Shown here: one piece after another, positions 1-12,003 of the stretch
How positions within the stretch are numbered: the stretch's first letter is position 1
Layout of the letters: the number at the start of each line of letters is the position of its first letter
Assembly (NCBI GenBank): GCA_030704615.1
Contig: CM060732.1
Span: 28,954,001 to 29,018,000 of the forward strand
DNA length: 64,000 bases
Direction: 5' to 3'
Source of the DNA: Takakia lepidozioides
Lineage: Eukaryota > Plantae > Bryophyta
Notes under the pieces: model-generated
Database searches by the model: none
Seen by the model: the letters and a program-made list of their open reading frames with translations, nothing else
Told to the model about the DNA's origin: nothing
Position numbers and translations under genes: made by a program

Positions 1-3000
1 TCTTCCGTTGGTGTTGCTGTCACTACACCACAGCAGATACCTCTCAAACAACTTAGGCTTTCCAGCCGCATCTCTGCAACTTGCTCCCACTCTGGGTGTG
101 CAGCAAATAGGGTAGCTTCCTGCTCCTCATCCAGTCCTCCCCTCCAGTCATACTCTCTGACTCCTCGAGGTCTTCTTGTAGCAGGTAATCTACTAGATTT
201 CTTTGTGGTAATTTGTATCTCGTGCATCCCATTATGCACAGTTAGTAACTGAGAATTCCAGTCATGGAATACCCTGGCCTGTTTCAGCCACGGACGTCCC
301 AATAATAAGGAATAAGCCTCCATGACTTCATCCATTTTTAATACAGTTACTGTGATCAGAAAGATCATTTTCTGTATCTGTATCTTAACTCCTCTTATTA
401 ATCCCAATGGCTGTACACTTCTTTGATCTGCCATTGTTACTGTAAATGGGGCTGGTTTCATGTTACTTAGACCAAGCTTCTTCCTTAATTGGTCTGTCAT
501 GATATTTACTCCAGAACCACCATCTATCAGTACATCAGTTAGTTCTGTGCTTCCAATTCTCAATTGGATTACTGGCATAGAATCATCAAAGTCCATGACT
601 GGTTCTCGCCCTTCCGGCTTCACATTATAACTGGTCACCTTGCTGTTCAGGTCTGTGTTTCCTGTTTCTTGGGCAATTCGATTGATTGCCTGATACAGCC
701 TGTGCCTACAATAAGGTGCCACAGCTAATAGCTGTCCAATGGTAATTTCTGCTTTGGTCTGACATATTACTTCAGCCAAAGTCTCTTCATTACTTTGCAT
801 GTCTGCATCTTCTTTTCTCCTTTCTTCCTCACTCTCCTCTTTTTCTCATCCGAATCAGAGGAATCTGCCACAGGAATATCAGTACTCTTTTGCATTTCCC
901 TTATAGTATCTGCCACTTCCTTGTGCAGTTCCTTCTCATCCTTCCAAGTCTCTTCCTCTTCAGGCATATCATTGCCACTTCCAGTCTCATCTTCTTCCTC
1001 TTCTACTGGAGGTATTAGTTTAGCTTTACTTCTTGTTACTATCATTGTACTTACTTCTGGTACAACACATGGCCTAACCATGTGAGCTGCCACCACTGGG
1101 CCCTCATTCACAGGAGCTCTCATCTCATTCTGGTGTCTTATCCAGAATGAACAGGCTGCCTTGCGATGTCCTGGCTGATTACAATAGTAACATAGCTCTT
1201 CACCATTGGGTCCTCGCCCTTGGTCTGGTCTTGGATTATTTCTATAATCCTGATTCCCGGGCTGGTAATTCCCCCTCGGATTACCCTGATAGTTGCCTCT
1301 GGAATTTCCTTGGTAATTCCCTCTTGAATTACCTCTTCCTTCCATGCCATTGTTATAACCACCAGACCTACCATAGTGGTCCTGATCATTGCTTCTTCTT
1401 GGCTGGGGTTGCACCTGATGCACCCTCACTTGCCTAGGTTCTCTGGCAGCTGTCCTTCTGTTGTAGTAACAATTCTCAGTAGAATGGTTATCCATTTTAC
1501 AGATAGTACAGTGTTTCTCCTTCATGTGGCATTCTGTAGTGGTATGGCCTTCATTCTGGCACTTTGCACACCATACACCCTTCCTCCAATGTGTTGCAGC
1601 CTCTGTGGCATACTTCTTCAAGATTTCTTCCAATCTTTTCTCATAGTTATCCCTCTTCAACTTTTCCTTTCTCTTACTCTTTCTTTTTAGTTCTTGCTCT
1701 TCTTCTTCATCTGACTCATCTTCAGAGTCCTCATCTTCCTTTTTCTCTCTCCTGAGCATTCCCAATTGCTCAATTCTGTTCGCAGTTTCAAATGCCTCCT
1801 CCACTGTATTATGGGGTAACATATCCACTTTCTTCTGCAACTCTGGTCTTAGTCCACTCACAAACCAAGTCTTCTGTAAACCGGGTGCTGGTACTGCAGC
1901 CAGCTTTTTCATCATCAATTCCATCTTCTCCATATACTCTTCAACAGTTCATGCTTCTTCTGCTTCAGCTGTTGTAAACTTCCATACACTTCATCCTCAG
2001 TTTTACTTGTCCTGAACCTATTTCGAAATGCTGTATTCAAGCCATTCCAGGTTAGGAAATGATTATCAGGGATCTTGCATACCATTCACTTGCTTTCTTG
2101 ATAAGTGAACAAGGAAACAGTCTCATCTTGGCATCATCGCCATTCTCATTGTTCACTATACACATGTGCTCAAATTGGCTAATGTGTACATCGGGATCCC
2201 CTTTTCCTGAATATATTGGAAAGGGTGGTTTTGCCCGTGTTGGTTGTAACGCCATCTGTGGCCCTACCTTCTGCCCACTGACAGGTGCTGGCACCCTTGC
2301 TGGTGCTGGTCCTTCTGGACCTGTTGTTTTTGTGGTGGATCTTCCACCAAGTGGTGGCCCTTGAGCACTCCCTGCTTCTGGCCCCACGATATTCACAGTA
2401 TTCCCAGCTTCAGTTGCACTACTTCCCACACTCCCTGTCCCCCCAGAGCCAGATCCAGGCAGCCCGCCTGATCCCCCTGAGCCGACACCTTCGTTGGCCT
2501 GTGATCCAAGTGCTCCACTTGATCCAGGTCCAACGGGTTGGGATGTCCTGGTTGTAGTCTCAACCTCAGCTGTTGGGTCTACTTCTTCATATTCTTCCTC
2601 TTCCAATTTCTTCTCTCTGTTTTCATCATTCAAGTTCTGCCCTTGGGTTTCTTCTTCACTCATGTAACTCAACTGTAATGGTGTTGGAGAGTCTGAACTC
2701 TCCGTTGGCTCTGCCACATCCTCATCTCCTTCTTCATCTTCTGCTTCAGAAACTGGAGTTCCTGCTTTTGGTGTTCCATGCCAACTTTTATCAAAGATTT
2801 CTGTCAAATCTTTTATCCAAGGATGTACCTCAGATCTTTCACCTCTTGATTGATCTTCTTCCTGTACCAATTCCCTTAATCTTTCTTGCAAAGAAACAGA
2901 AGGAGTGGCATCCAACTCTAGTTCTTCCCCGGTATAGGTGATGCACTTTTTGATCTTGATGGTGTGAGAGGTCCAGATGATTCCCCTATGTCTATTCCTC

Positions 3001-3087
3001 TCTCCCAAAGATATGGATAATTAGCTTTCAGATAGCTTTCCTTTTTAATGAATATCTTTGTCGTCTAGCTTCTCTTTCATCACTCAT
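1..3087 (-). pseudogene. gag-pol: gag-pol (capsid, zinc knuckles, aspartic protease), frameshifted
   Basis: ORF pieces 2052-3008 and 767-1933 carry YSGKGDPDVHI...LFPCSL...ASEWY and CX2CX4HX4C knuckles (CAKCQNEGHTTTEC, CYYCNQPGHRKAAC). Nt 1-760 matches the protease region (LIDGGSGVNI) of copy 2. Several 1-bp indels. Confidence 0.88.
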
Positions 3088-3680
3088 GTCCCATGTCTTT
3101 CATTTCTTTTTAATGTGGCAATAACCAAAACTCTCTTCTGTAATATCTCTCGTATATGCCTGGATTTCTTTCAAGCTTCAATGCACCCTTGGCTATACTT
3201 GAAGTCTCCGTTACCATATAACCATATGGCAAACAAGTCTGAAAAGCTGTTCTTGGTGTGAGTTTGATCCACAAAATATCCTTTGGAATCCAATTCTTTA
3301 CCAGTACAAGCTCTTCATGCATATGAGTATAAACATTCACCTTTCTTTCTTCCCAGCCTTCAAACTCTACTCGTTTAATGGATAGCAATGCTATCACATA
3401 AACCAATGTTGGTAACCAACGTGCTCTTCCTCTACAGGCTACTTGATAAATCTTTATCACTCCTTTTCTCCAGACCCCATTCTGGATCAGCATCATGCAC
3501 TCGTTTAAGAATATTTTCTTTACATCCGTCTGGCAATTCCAAGAACCTTTGAAAGAACTGTTTGGACAATCTTTCTTCCTTCGTTTCACACAGGAATTTG
3601 ATTCACTTCAAATTCTTTAATGGTCCAACCACCATGATCCCACCAGATGCCTGTCACATCTGGTTGTTCATGTCCCAGTT

Positions 3681-3696
3681 CCCAGTATGGTCGCCA
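3681..3696 (-). promoter_or_regulatory. Primer-binding site, tRNA-Arg-like (TGGCGACCATACTGGG)
   Basis: Starts with TGG 2 nt after the LTR end ...CGACA on the minus strand. The same site is at 42323-42340. The tRNA assignment rests on resemblance to TGGCGAC-type PBSs. Confidence 0.65.
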
Positions 3697-3698
3697 AA

Positions 3699-4829
3699 TG
3701 TCGCGCGGCTTTTACTCACCCATCCCTTCGCTATCCGAGGCGGAAACTCCAAGATAGAAGAGTTGGAAATCTCTAAGTACTCAGCCCGCGCAGAACAATC
3801 AGTCATGACCTACAGCTAGTGTATCATGGGGGTGTTTCCTATTTGTTTCCCTTTTCGCATTCATCTTAGCTACCTTACCATTGATAATTACGTATTAGTT
3901 TCCTTCACTCCTCCATTCAATCCACAGCTTCACTCAGATCTCTCTACACAGTGTGATTGTATCGTATAAATATCAGATTATGATTTATCAGGTATCAGGC
4001 CGAAGCCATTGTATCTCTATTCTCCTCTACAATATCCCTACGGCTTTGCATCTAACAAGCATCTACTAATCCTCCTTCATCGTGCTCTCCGATCTCCGCT
4101 TCCGCCTGACTCCCAAGTCCTCCCCGAATAATGATCTCATCATAATCCCCGTTCTTCCCCTTTATCCTCCTATCCGCGGTTCTAACCGTTTCCCTCTCTA
4201 ACCGTCGTATGTGAACTAACATGTTCCCTTCTCTGGTGTTGTTCCCCACAGTCGTTCCCTGTCCTACTCTTCGTTCCCTATTATCGTGACAGCTGTGTCA
4301 AGCGGTGACTGGCTGTGTTTGGCTGTGTCGGGCTGTGACTGGCTGTGTGGCTATGCCGGGCTGTGACTGGCTGTGTGGGCTGTGTCTGCTGTGACGACTG
4401 TGACGGGCTGTGTGGGCTGTGTGGGCTGTGTCGGGCTGTGTGGGCTGTGTGGGCTGTGTGGGCTGTCGGGCTGTGTGGGCTGTGACGCTGTGACGGGCTG
4501 TGTGGGCTGTGACGGCTGTGACGGGCTGTGTTGGCTGTGACGGCTGTGACGGCTGTGTTGGCTGTGACGGGCTGTGTCGGCTGTGGTGGCTGTGTGGGCT
4601 GTGTCGGGCTGTGTCGGCTGTGACGGGCTGTGTTGGCTGTGACGGCTGTGTCGGGCTGTGTGGGCTGTGTGGGCTGTGACGGCTGTGTCGGGCTGTGTGG
4701 GTTGTGTAACCCCCTTCTACAGTGCTCTGCTGTCACCCCTAAGGTTCCTGTTTGTCTCAGTCTGTGCAAAAATTAAGGGTACCCTACAGATCCCGTATAA
4801 GTGTCTAAGTCCCCTACAGTCCTCTAACA
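3699..4829 (-). repeat. 5' LTR of Gypsy copy 1
   Basis: TG...CA termini (TGTTAG...CGACA on minus), adjacent PBS, homologous to 42343-43325. Confidence 0.82.
4291..4708. repeat. GGCTGT(GTG/GAC)-type minisatellite inside the LTR
   Basis: Visible degenerate 9-10 bp tandem repeat; a shorter version is at about 42963-43200. Confidence 0.9.
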
Positions 4830-5695
4830 AGTTGATGTGTAGCCAGGAAACCCCCGAGCTCCACTGTACTTGTGGTTGATTGCTTGGCAATCAATGAGAG
4901 CACCTGCTGACTTTGCCTTCCTTTCAAAATCAGCTTGCTTGTGCTGCAAACTTTCCAGCTTCTGTGCTAGGTCTGCCACCTGGGCAGTTTTTACTTCCTG
5001 CTGCTCAATCTGAGGTTGGTGTGTGACCAGCAGGCTGGTGATATTGCTGTAAGAACGGAGCCCAAGGTAGCGGAGTGGTGAGTTGATGCCGATGTGAATG
5101 ACCATTTGAGTGGAAGACGTGATGGAGTTTAAGACCTAGAACATAGAGTGTATCAGTACCTCCCTCCACGCAATCTTCGGGATGGGGGGCAGAGCTTTGC
5201 CACTTCACGATGCGGAAACTCCAGGAGGTAGGGTGGGAACTGGGTCTCCATGGTGCGACATCTGTACGGCTCCAAAAGAGGGTAGCGCCAAGCTCGTTGT
5301 AAGGCCCCCAAAACTTATATAGAACCACTTGCATGGAACAAGATTCTTCGGGCTGGGGCTCAGCATCCAACCACTATTGAGCAATAGTTTGCAATGCCCC
5401 ATCACAAAACTGAGGCCCGTTCTGTGAACCTCCCGCATTCTTATTCAATTCCAAATCTGTAGGTGAGGAAGAAATGACATCTTGGAGAGGTTGGCTGCGG
5501 GCTTCAAGATGTGCCGTGCCATACCAGAAACCCTTGACAGTGCATCTGTGACAGGAAATGATCAGAGGATAGAAACCAGCATAACTCAGACATAAACCAG
5601 CATGCAGGGTGCAATCAAATCTTTAGCCCTGTGCCTACTGAATACAAGTCACGTTGTCAATGGGACTTTGATTGCTCTCAGAACTAGCTCATGAG

Positions 5696-6420
5696 TCATG
5701 GGCTCCTCCAGGTAAAGTCGATTGCAGCCGTTGTACCGCCCCTAGTGATGTTCACCACAATGTCCTGCCCTTCAATCATACCACCATCGAATATGGAAAT
5801 CTTCACGTTTTCGTCGTCCACACCAATGCGAATGTCCCCATACAATGGAGAAGAGGAGCGCAGTCCTTTAGGAGAATAGGTCTCTCCGATGGAGTCCACC
5901 CACGTCCAGTGGCAGCAGTTCCACCGCAACAGCATAGCAGTGCGCCTTCTTCTGCATGGGTGACCGTCGTAGCTGGGAAAATCGGAATCGAGGATGCGCA
6001 GGAGCCACGGACTCCTCAGACCAAGATTGTCACCCCGCTCAAAGGCATAGTGGCCTAGGATATACTCAAAAGCCACCAATGTTTCCACAATCGAACCAGT
6101 ATCTTCTCTGTAATCTGTGTACCAGATAACAATGTCTCCCGATGTGGCCGAATACATTGCATAATCGATGCCTCCAAATGGGCAGTCGTCCCGGTTCCGG
6201 AAGCACGACATCCTTGCAAAGGAGGACCTGAGGACGACTTGGATACCGATGACAATGACCTTGCGGACAGCTACGAAGCCCTTAGATTTTGAAATGATGC
6301 GAAGCGGAAGAGCAGTCCGGCCTCCAATAATGGAGCATCTGGGTCCCACGTACCCACCGACGGGTGGAACGTGTTCATCACGCCAGCGGTGGATGAACCC
6401 ATACATCTTTCTCATCAACA
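5696..6420 (-). CDS. Unknown protein, paralog 1 of a divergent pair
   Basis: Aligns along its length with 6742-7351 (RMSC.RN..DCP..G.DYAM....SGDI..W; EY..G.Y.FERG; P.YGDIR; DGG.I.G.DIVV). Start codon uncertain. Confidence 0.55.
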
Positions 6421-6741
6421 AGTTATAGTTTGAGATCTGCCACCGAAGTCCTCCATCCCCCCGGATGGAAATTCGGCGCCGCATTTACATCGAAGAGGGG
6501 ATGGACTTCGTCGTGTCCAGTGGCTATCGGCCCACCTGGCAGTGACTGCCCTAGTTTGCATGGCAGGGTAGGAAACTGAAACGGCTACATTCATGCAGCA
6601 GCCAATCTTCATCGGTCCAGGATCCTGTAGGGGGGGAATTTAAATGTGCCCTGGAGTGTTTGTGAGGAATTGCAGCGTTAGCTTGAACTTTTTCCAGCCA
6701 CCGCGCGCTCCTGCTCCTCCTCCATCCGGGAGCTGCTGTCA

Positions 6742-7351
6742 TTGAGCGTACTCCGCTACTCTTTTTCAAGGATGTCGTGCCGCCGAAATCCAGCCGACTG
6801 CCCTTGTCATGGCCACGATTATGCTATGTTCAAACCAGAATCAGGAGACATCATTGTCTGGCTCTCTGTTTTCACAGACGCTGCTGGAATCAAGCAAGAG
6901 TCTTTGCGCGCAATGGAGTATCTGGAGGGCTATTACCGCTTTGAGCGAGGTGAGGGCGAGGGTCAATGCGGTCCGTGGGTCCTGAAAATTGTTGACCTTG
7001 AGATATACCAAGCTGGAAAGGGATGCCGGACAGATCACGCACGGCCTCGCTTTGGCGCTGGAACTGCTGCCAGTGGACCAGGGAGGACGACACGGGGAAA
7101 ACTATATACGTGCAGATCACTCCGCTCTTCCAGTGTATGGAGACATTCGGCTGAGTTGCGAAGACGATTCGCACGGGCACATGAGGCCCACAGTGACCTT
7201 GTCAATGTATGATGGTGGTATCATTGATGGACATGACATTGTTGTCAGCTCCAGCAAGGGCAGCAAAACGACCGAATTGCAGTTTACCTCGAGGTGCCGC
7301 AGCAGTAATGAGCTTGTTTTGAGGGGTATCGAAGTTCCGTCGACTTGGTGA
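6742..7351 (+). pseudogene. Unknown protein, paralog 2 (split over two frames)
   Basis: The N-half is in ORF 6742-7212 and the C-half in ORF 6989-7351; both are similar to 5696-6420. Confidence 0.55.
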
Positions 7352-7608
7352 AGCCCATGTAGAAGGAGGAAGGGCTTAGTTTTGTCTGCAGTTGGTAAAT
7401 GTGAGACATCGTGTCCGATCAATAAACCCATCGTACCTCACTTCTGTGTGATTGTGTTTCATTCTGTTTGAATAACTGTCGGAATTGGCCCACTGTTTAC
7501 AATTTGATGTCTCATTTCTACAATTTGTCTGTCCGGATGAATATACCAGAGTAACCGGTATGAGAGTCATGTGTCAAGAATATACCAGAGTAACGCCATG
7601 TCAGACAT

Positions 7609-8315
7609 TGGAATGCGGTGCCGCATTTCAATGCCGACATGGAAATGTATGAACCGCATTTCAGTGTCGGACAATGGAATGCGGTGCATCATTTCCGTCC
7701 AGGTACACGAAATACCAACACGGGTCTATAAATTGGACAGACAACGAGGTTGGCATTGCAAATGCGGCGACGCATTTCCAGCTTGGCAATGGAAACTTCT
7801 TTTTGGACAAGGGAATGCGGTGCCGCATTTCCGTCCAACACTTCGGAAAGTGTGACATTTCCGACCAGCGCGATGGAATGCGTTACCGCATTTCCGTGAG
7901 AGGGTCTGCAAATGGACAAATTGCGATGTCCGTTCTGGAAATGCGGCGCCGCATTTCCATGTCCGTCATCGACTTTTTTTTTACAATGGAATGCGGTGCC
8001 AATTTTTGCTGATGGGCCTGCAGTTCGAACAACGACCATCCCCAATATGGAAATGCGGCACCGCATTTCCAATTCCGCCATCTCGACCTCCTTGTTCGAC
8101 CTCTGTAAGCGTGGTGGCATCCATGAAATGAGCGGGAGAGGCCAAAACTAGCGTGTGGACAAAGGAAATTTTGGAAATGCGGCACCGCATTTCCAATTCA
8201 GATTACTTTTTACTATGCCAACATTGAACCCTCCCCTGTTTTGGAAATGCGGTGCCGCATTTCCAAAAGAGGTTTTTAGAGTTGCCAAAATTTTGGAAAT
8301 GCGGTGCCCCATTTC
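7609..8315. repeat. About 12 dispersed palindromes GGAAATGCGG(CA/TG/CG)CCGCATTTCC, possibly subterminal repeats of a DNA transposon
   Basis: Copies near 7610, 7641, 7676, 7759, 7812, 7875, 7937, 7988, 8049, 8173, 8242 and 8295, with an outlier near 6466. Confidence 0.75.
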
Positions 8316-9552
8316 TGATTTTGGGAGCGTCGTGGTTTGGGCAATTGTGTGGCTGGAATGCACACTGGAGAGGGGTCACGAATGTCGGGGGAGAATTTCC
8401 TTTATATACTCTGGAAGAGAATTTACATTTATAGAGACTTCATTAAAATTCTATTAATCTTGAAATCATCTGAATCCTCATCCTGTTCTAGACTGTCCTG
8501 CTCCGCCTCCACCCCCTCATGTCTTTCTCATCTCCAGCGGACTGCTCGTTGGCGAGGCTTTCGAAATCCTATCTTCCCCTTGCGGAACTGTCCATCTCAC
8601 CTCCGTTGGGTCGTCTTCCTCCCTGTCTGCGTCGCTCTCATCCGCTGAATCACATATGTACTTTCATACCCGTCTACCTGTCTGAGCTGCTGCCAACTCT
8701 TTCCTTATCCTTCTGTCCTCCCTAGCCCTCTCCAAATCTGCTCTACTTTACTGGGATTCTCACTTCTTCTAATCGTTGTATTTGCGAGTTTAGCTGCATA
8801 ACTAGGAAGGGAGTAGTCCCTCACCGGGCTCGTCATGAAGTCGGCCCTCGCAAAGAACGGGACATTCTTCCTGGCAGGAAGTGTAGGCCCTACATGTTTC
8901 GACCCGGACCCTGCAATCTTGCACATGACAATCATCAACGAGACTAATGAGAACCATAGTCCGGAAATTTGTTTGACAAAAATGACCCAGAAGGCTTTGC
9001 AAACTTACAATGTTTGTAGTGTGAAAAGAAGGGGCGTGAATCCCCTTTTGTATAATTCTAATTGTGCTCCCCTCCATTGATTGCGGAGCAAGAGGAAAGA
9101 AGCGTTCTTTCTAATCTGTCCAACTGTCGTCACTTGGCTGTGGGTTTCCCTCAGCTCCTCCGTGATCAGAGTTCAAGCAATCCTCATCCACGCCGTAGCG
9201 GAAGGGAAGACATGGATGGGGAGTCAATTTGTTGTTCACTCTTGGTTCTACCTTTTACACAACATCCCCTAGGCATCCAGTGCGGCCAGCCTTGAAGTCA
9301 TCCTCGGTCTCTCAAGACACAACCATCCCATCCACCAGTCTCTCTCTCTTTTCCTTTTTCCAATGACCCATCGCTCAAACAGCTCTCATCTCTTTTGTCA
9401 GACTTCAACCCAAATACCCCAACATCCCTCTTTTCCCTTCAACTGTGGAACGCAGTTGTTCAGATCCTGATCCCATAGTGAAATCACCTTATCCTTTCCG
9501 TGTTTTTTTGCAACTCCAGCTAACCATCATTGATCTCTCCAAACAAACAAGC

Positions 9553-10052
9553 NNNNNNNNNNNNNNNNNNNNNNNNNNNNNNNNNNNNNNNNNNNNNNNN
9601 NNNNNNNNNNNNNNNNNNNNNNNNNNNNNNNNNNNNNNNNNNNNNNNNNNNNNNNNNNNNNNNNNNNNNNNNNNNNNNNNNNNNNNNNNNNNNNNNNNNN
9701 NNNNNNNNNNNNNNNNNNNNNNNNNNNNNNNNNNNNNNNNNNNNNNNNNNNNNNNNNNNNNNNNNNNNNNNNNNNNNNNNNNNNNNNNNNNNNNNNNNNN
9801 NNNNNNNNNNNNNNNNNNNNNNNNNNNNNNNNNNNNNNNNNNNNNNNNNNNNNNNNNNNNNNNNNNNNNNNNNNNNNNNNNNNNNNNNNNNNNNNNNNNN
9901 NNNNNNNNNNNNNNNNNNNNNNNNNNNNNNNNNNNNNNNNNNNNNNNNNNNNNNNNNNNNNNNNNNNNNNNNNNNNNNNNNNNNNNNNNNNNNNNNNNNN
10001 NNNNNNNNNNNNNNNNNNNNNNNNNNNNNNNNNNNNNNNNNNNNNNNNNNNN
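9553..10052. other. Assembly gap (500 N)
   Basis: Run of N. Confidence 1.
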
Positions 10053-11697
10053 TCGAAGCTTGAGGTTGCGAACGTTCTCTCCGGCAAAGACAACGACGAG
10101 GTTCCTCTTTGGCGCGTTCCGAATCCATCATTCAACGCCAGTGGAATCTCAACCGCTCGAGCCATCATTCGAGAAGGTAATGATCTTTTGTCTAGCCGTT
10201 TGGATCGAATCGCCCGCAATGCACGACCTTGTCTGCCGAGACACTTGAGACTTGCTCTCAAAAGATTGAGGTCGGATCCGGACCTTGTCATCAGGCCGGC
10301 CGACAAAAATCTTGGTCTTGTGCTTATGGACAAGTCTTGGTACATGCAAGAGGCGATGCGGCAACTCTCAGACACCGAAGTTTATCGTCCGTGGATTCCG
10401 TACCGTGGGAAGAACTTTGGTCGAGGTTGGAGTGCTAGCTTGCCATCCAATCTACAGGTTTGCGATCTCCACCAAAGAATGGAATTACATCCGCCAACGC
10501 CCTCGGTCGTCCACGGACTTTCGAGCTTGTGCTTTGTACTTCATTCCGAAGGTGCACAAACCCGTGCTTGTGGAAGACCCATTTGTTCCTACAACAACTA
10601 CATCTTCGAGCATGCTTCAACTTGGCTCCATCACCAACTCCTTCCGGTACTTCTCAAGGAACCCACTCATTTGGTGATTGATTCTCTCACGCTTCTTCGA
10701 GAGGTTTCCCAACTCGAGGTCCCCTCGCATGCTCTTCTTTTTACGTTTGACGTGGAATCTCTATATCCCAGCATCATCACCGAGCTCGGCTTGTATGAGC
10801 TCGAATGTGCTATTGGAGGTAATTTCACCAAACACAAAAAAGACCTGATCATGACCCTCGCTGGATTAGTCTTGAAAAACCCATTACCTTGAGTTCAATG
10901 GTAGTTTTTGGCACCAAATTCGCGGGACGGCGATGGGGAGCAACTTTGCAGTTGTTTACGCTTGTTTGTTCCTCTGTCGGTTGGAGATGTACATGGAGTA
11001 CGTTGTGCCATCGGAGCAAGAGCTGCTTTATCTCTTAAGCGCTATATCGACGACGGCTTTGGCATCTGGGTAGGCTCCGAAAAGAGCCTCCGGTCCTGGT
11101 TACGGAACTACGGTTCCATGTTCGATGGCATCAAAATCACGACCGCCATAAGCCCGACGTCCGCCGACATCTTGGATATCACCTTCCTCAAAGGAGACGA
11201 CTTCATCCAACTCGACGGCTCTCTACTAGATGTCATCAAAAGGCCCAGAACAAGTATCAAACTTGCCTTGGTCCTCGTGGCATCCACATCACCAAAAGAA
11301 AGCTTTCGTCATCGGCGAGCTCCAACGGTACGTAATACGAGAAAGCACCATCCAAGGGTTCAACCATTTGCGACTTTTGTTTTACAAACGTCTTCGAGCC
11401 CGAGGTTATCCGGCGGCGTTCATCCGGAGTTGCTTCACCAAGATCTCCTACGACCTCAGATCCGCTCTACTCGACCAACAGACGCAACGCGCAGTTGAGG
11501 GTAAACGGGCCCCCCTTGTTCTTAAGCTCGACTACTCTTCGTACACTCGAGCCTTGAACTTGGGGGCCACCCTAAACCTGACTCCACGAGTTGCTTCAGC
11601 AAGTCCCGGAGCTTCGGTTCTTTCCTCGAGCGATGATTTGTGGAGGAATCCGCGAAAGCTGAGTTCATTCCTAGTTAAATCTAGAATGATAGGATGA
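10053..11697 (+). pseudogene. PLE reverse transcriptase, family A (frameshifted in this assembly)
   Basis: IRPADKNLGLV, YFIPKVHK, GRPICS, FDVESLYPSI, GTAMGSNFA, KRYIDDGFGIW, HP.HQKKAF and RLRARGYP. Stops at LVKSRMIG with no GIY-YIG domain. Confidence 0.88.
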
Positions 11698-11868
11698 TTT
11701 TGTAGTGCAAATCCCTAGCATTATTAATTTTGCCTCTTTGATAGCCCTAGTGTTGATGTTAAAGTCAAAGGGTTCCAACAATTTAATTTGGACCATTGAC
11801 TAATTAATGCAGTCTTGACTTGGAGGCTAAATTAGTGCTTTAGTGGCATTATTATTGCCTTGGGAATT

Positions 11869-11944
11869 ATCCCATATCGTTTGCACATAGTGAGGGTGCT
11901 TTTCTAGTATATAAGGATAGGCTTGGCTCTTAGGACTTCATCTC
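11869..11944 (+). promoter_or_regulatory. Putative family A promoter: USE-like ATCCCATATCG, TATATAAG and start at ATCTC (11940)
   Basis: Motif at 11869-11879, TATA at 11908-11915. The copy at 51211-52094 ends exactly at this ATCTC. Confidence 0.55.
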
Positions 11945-11946
11945 TT

Positions 11947-12003
11947 GGTGTTCCACTGATGAGCTTGAGCAATCAAGCGAAACTTGTTTGGAATAAAAAC
12001 ACC
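11947..12003 (+). ncRNA. Minimal type I hammerhead ribozyme, family A
   Basis: GTTCCA-CTGATGA-GCTTGA(GCAA)TCAAGC-GAAA-CTTGTT-TGGAAT: intact core, stem II with a GNRA loop, very short stem III, GUU cleavage triplet. Confidence 0.88.

Larger units (their letters stand above)
1..4829 (-). mobile_element. Ty3/Gypsy LTR retrotransposon, copy 1 (5' part: LTR, PBS, extra ORF, gag, protease; continues beyond window start)
   Basis: Near-identical to 38890-43325, which encodes PR-RT-RH-IN in Gypsy order. The two copies share the terminus ...CAGTCCTCTAACA and diverge immediately after it. Confidence 0.93.

Noticed and set aside
4281-4769. 162-aa ORF (and 42936-43265)
   Set aside because: Translation of the stop-poor LTR minisatellite.
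7609-8315. CRISPR-like appearance of palindromic repeats with unique spacers
   Set aside because: Spacing is irregular, repeats are degenerate, there are no cas genes and the context is eukaryotic.
8460-9552. Short ORFs before the gap as a possible family A ORF1
   Set aside because: No coiled-coil or pseudo-LTR similarity, and contiguity across the gap is unknown.
9445-10375. ORFs spanning the N run
   Set aside because: Artefacts of the assembly gap.
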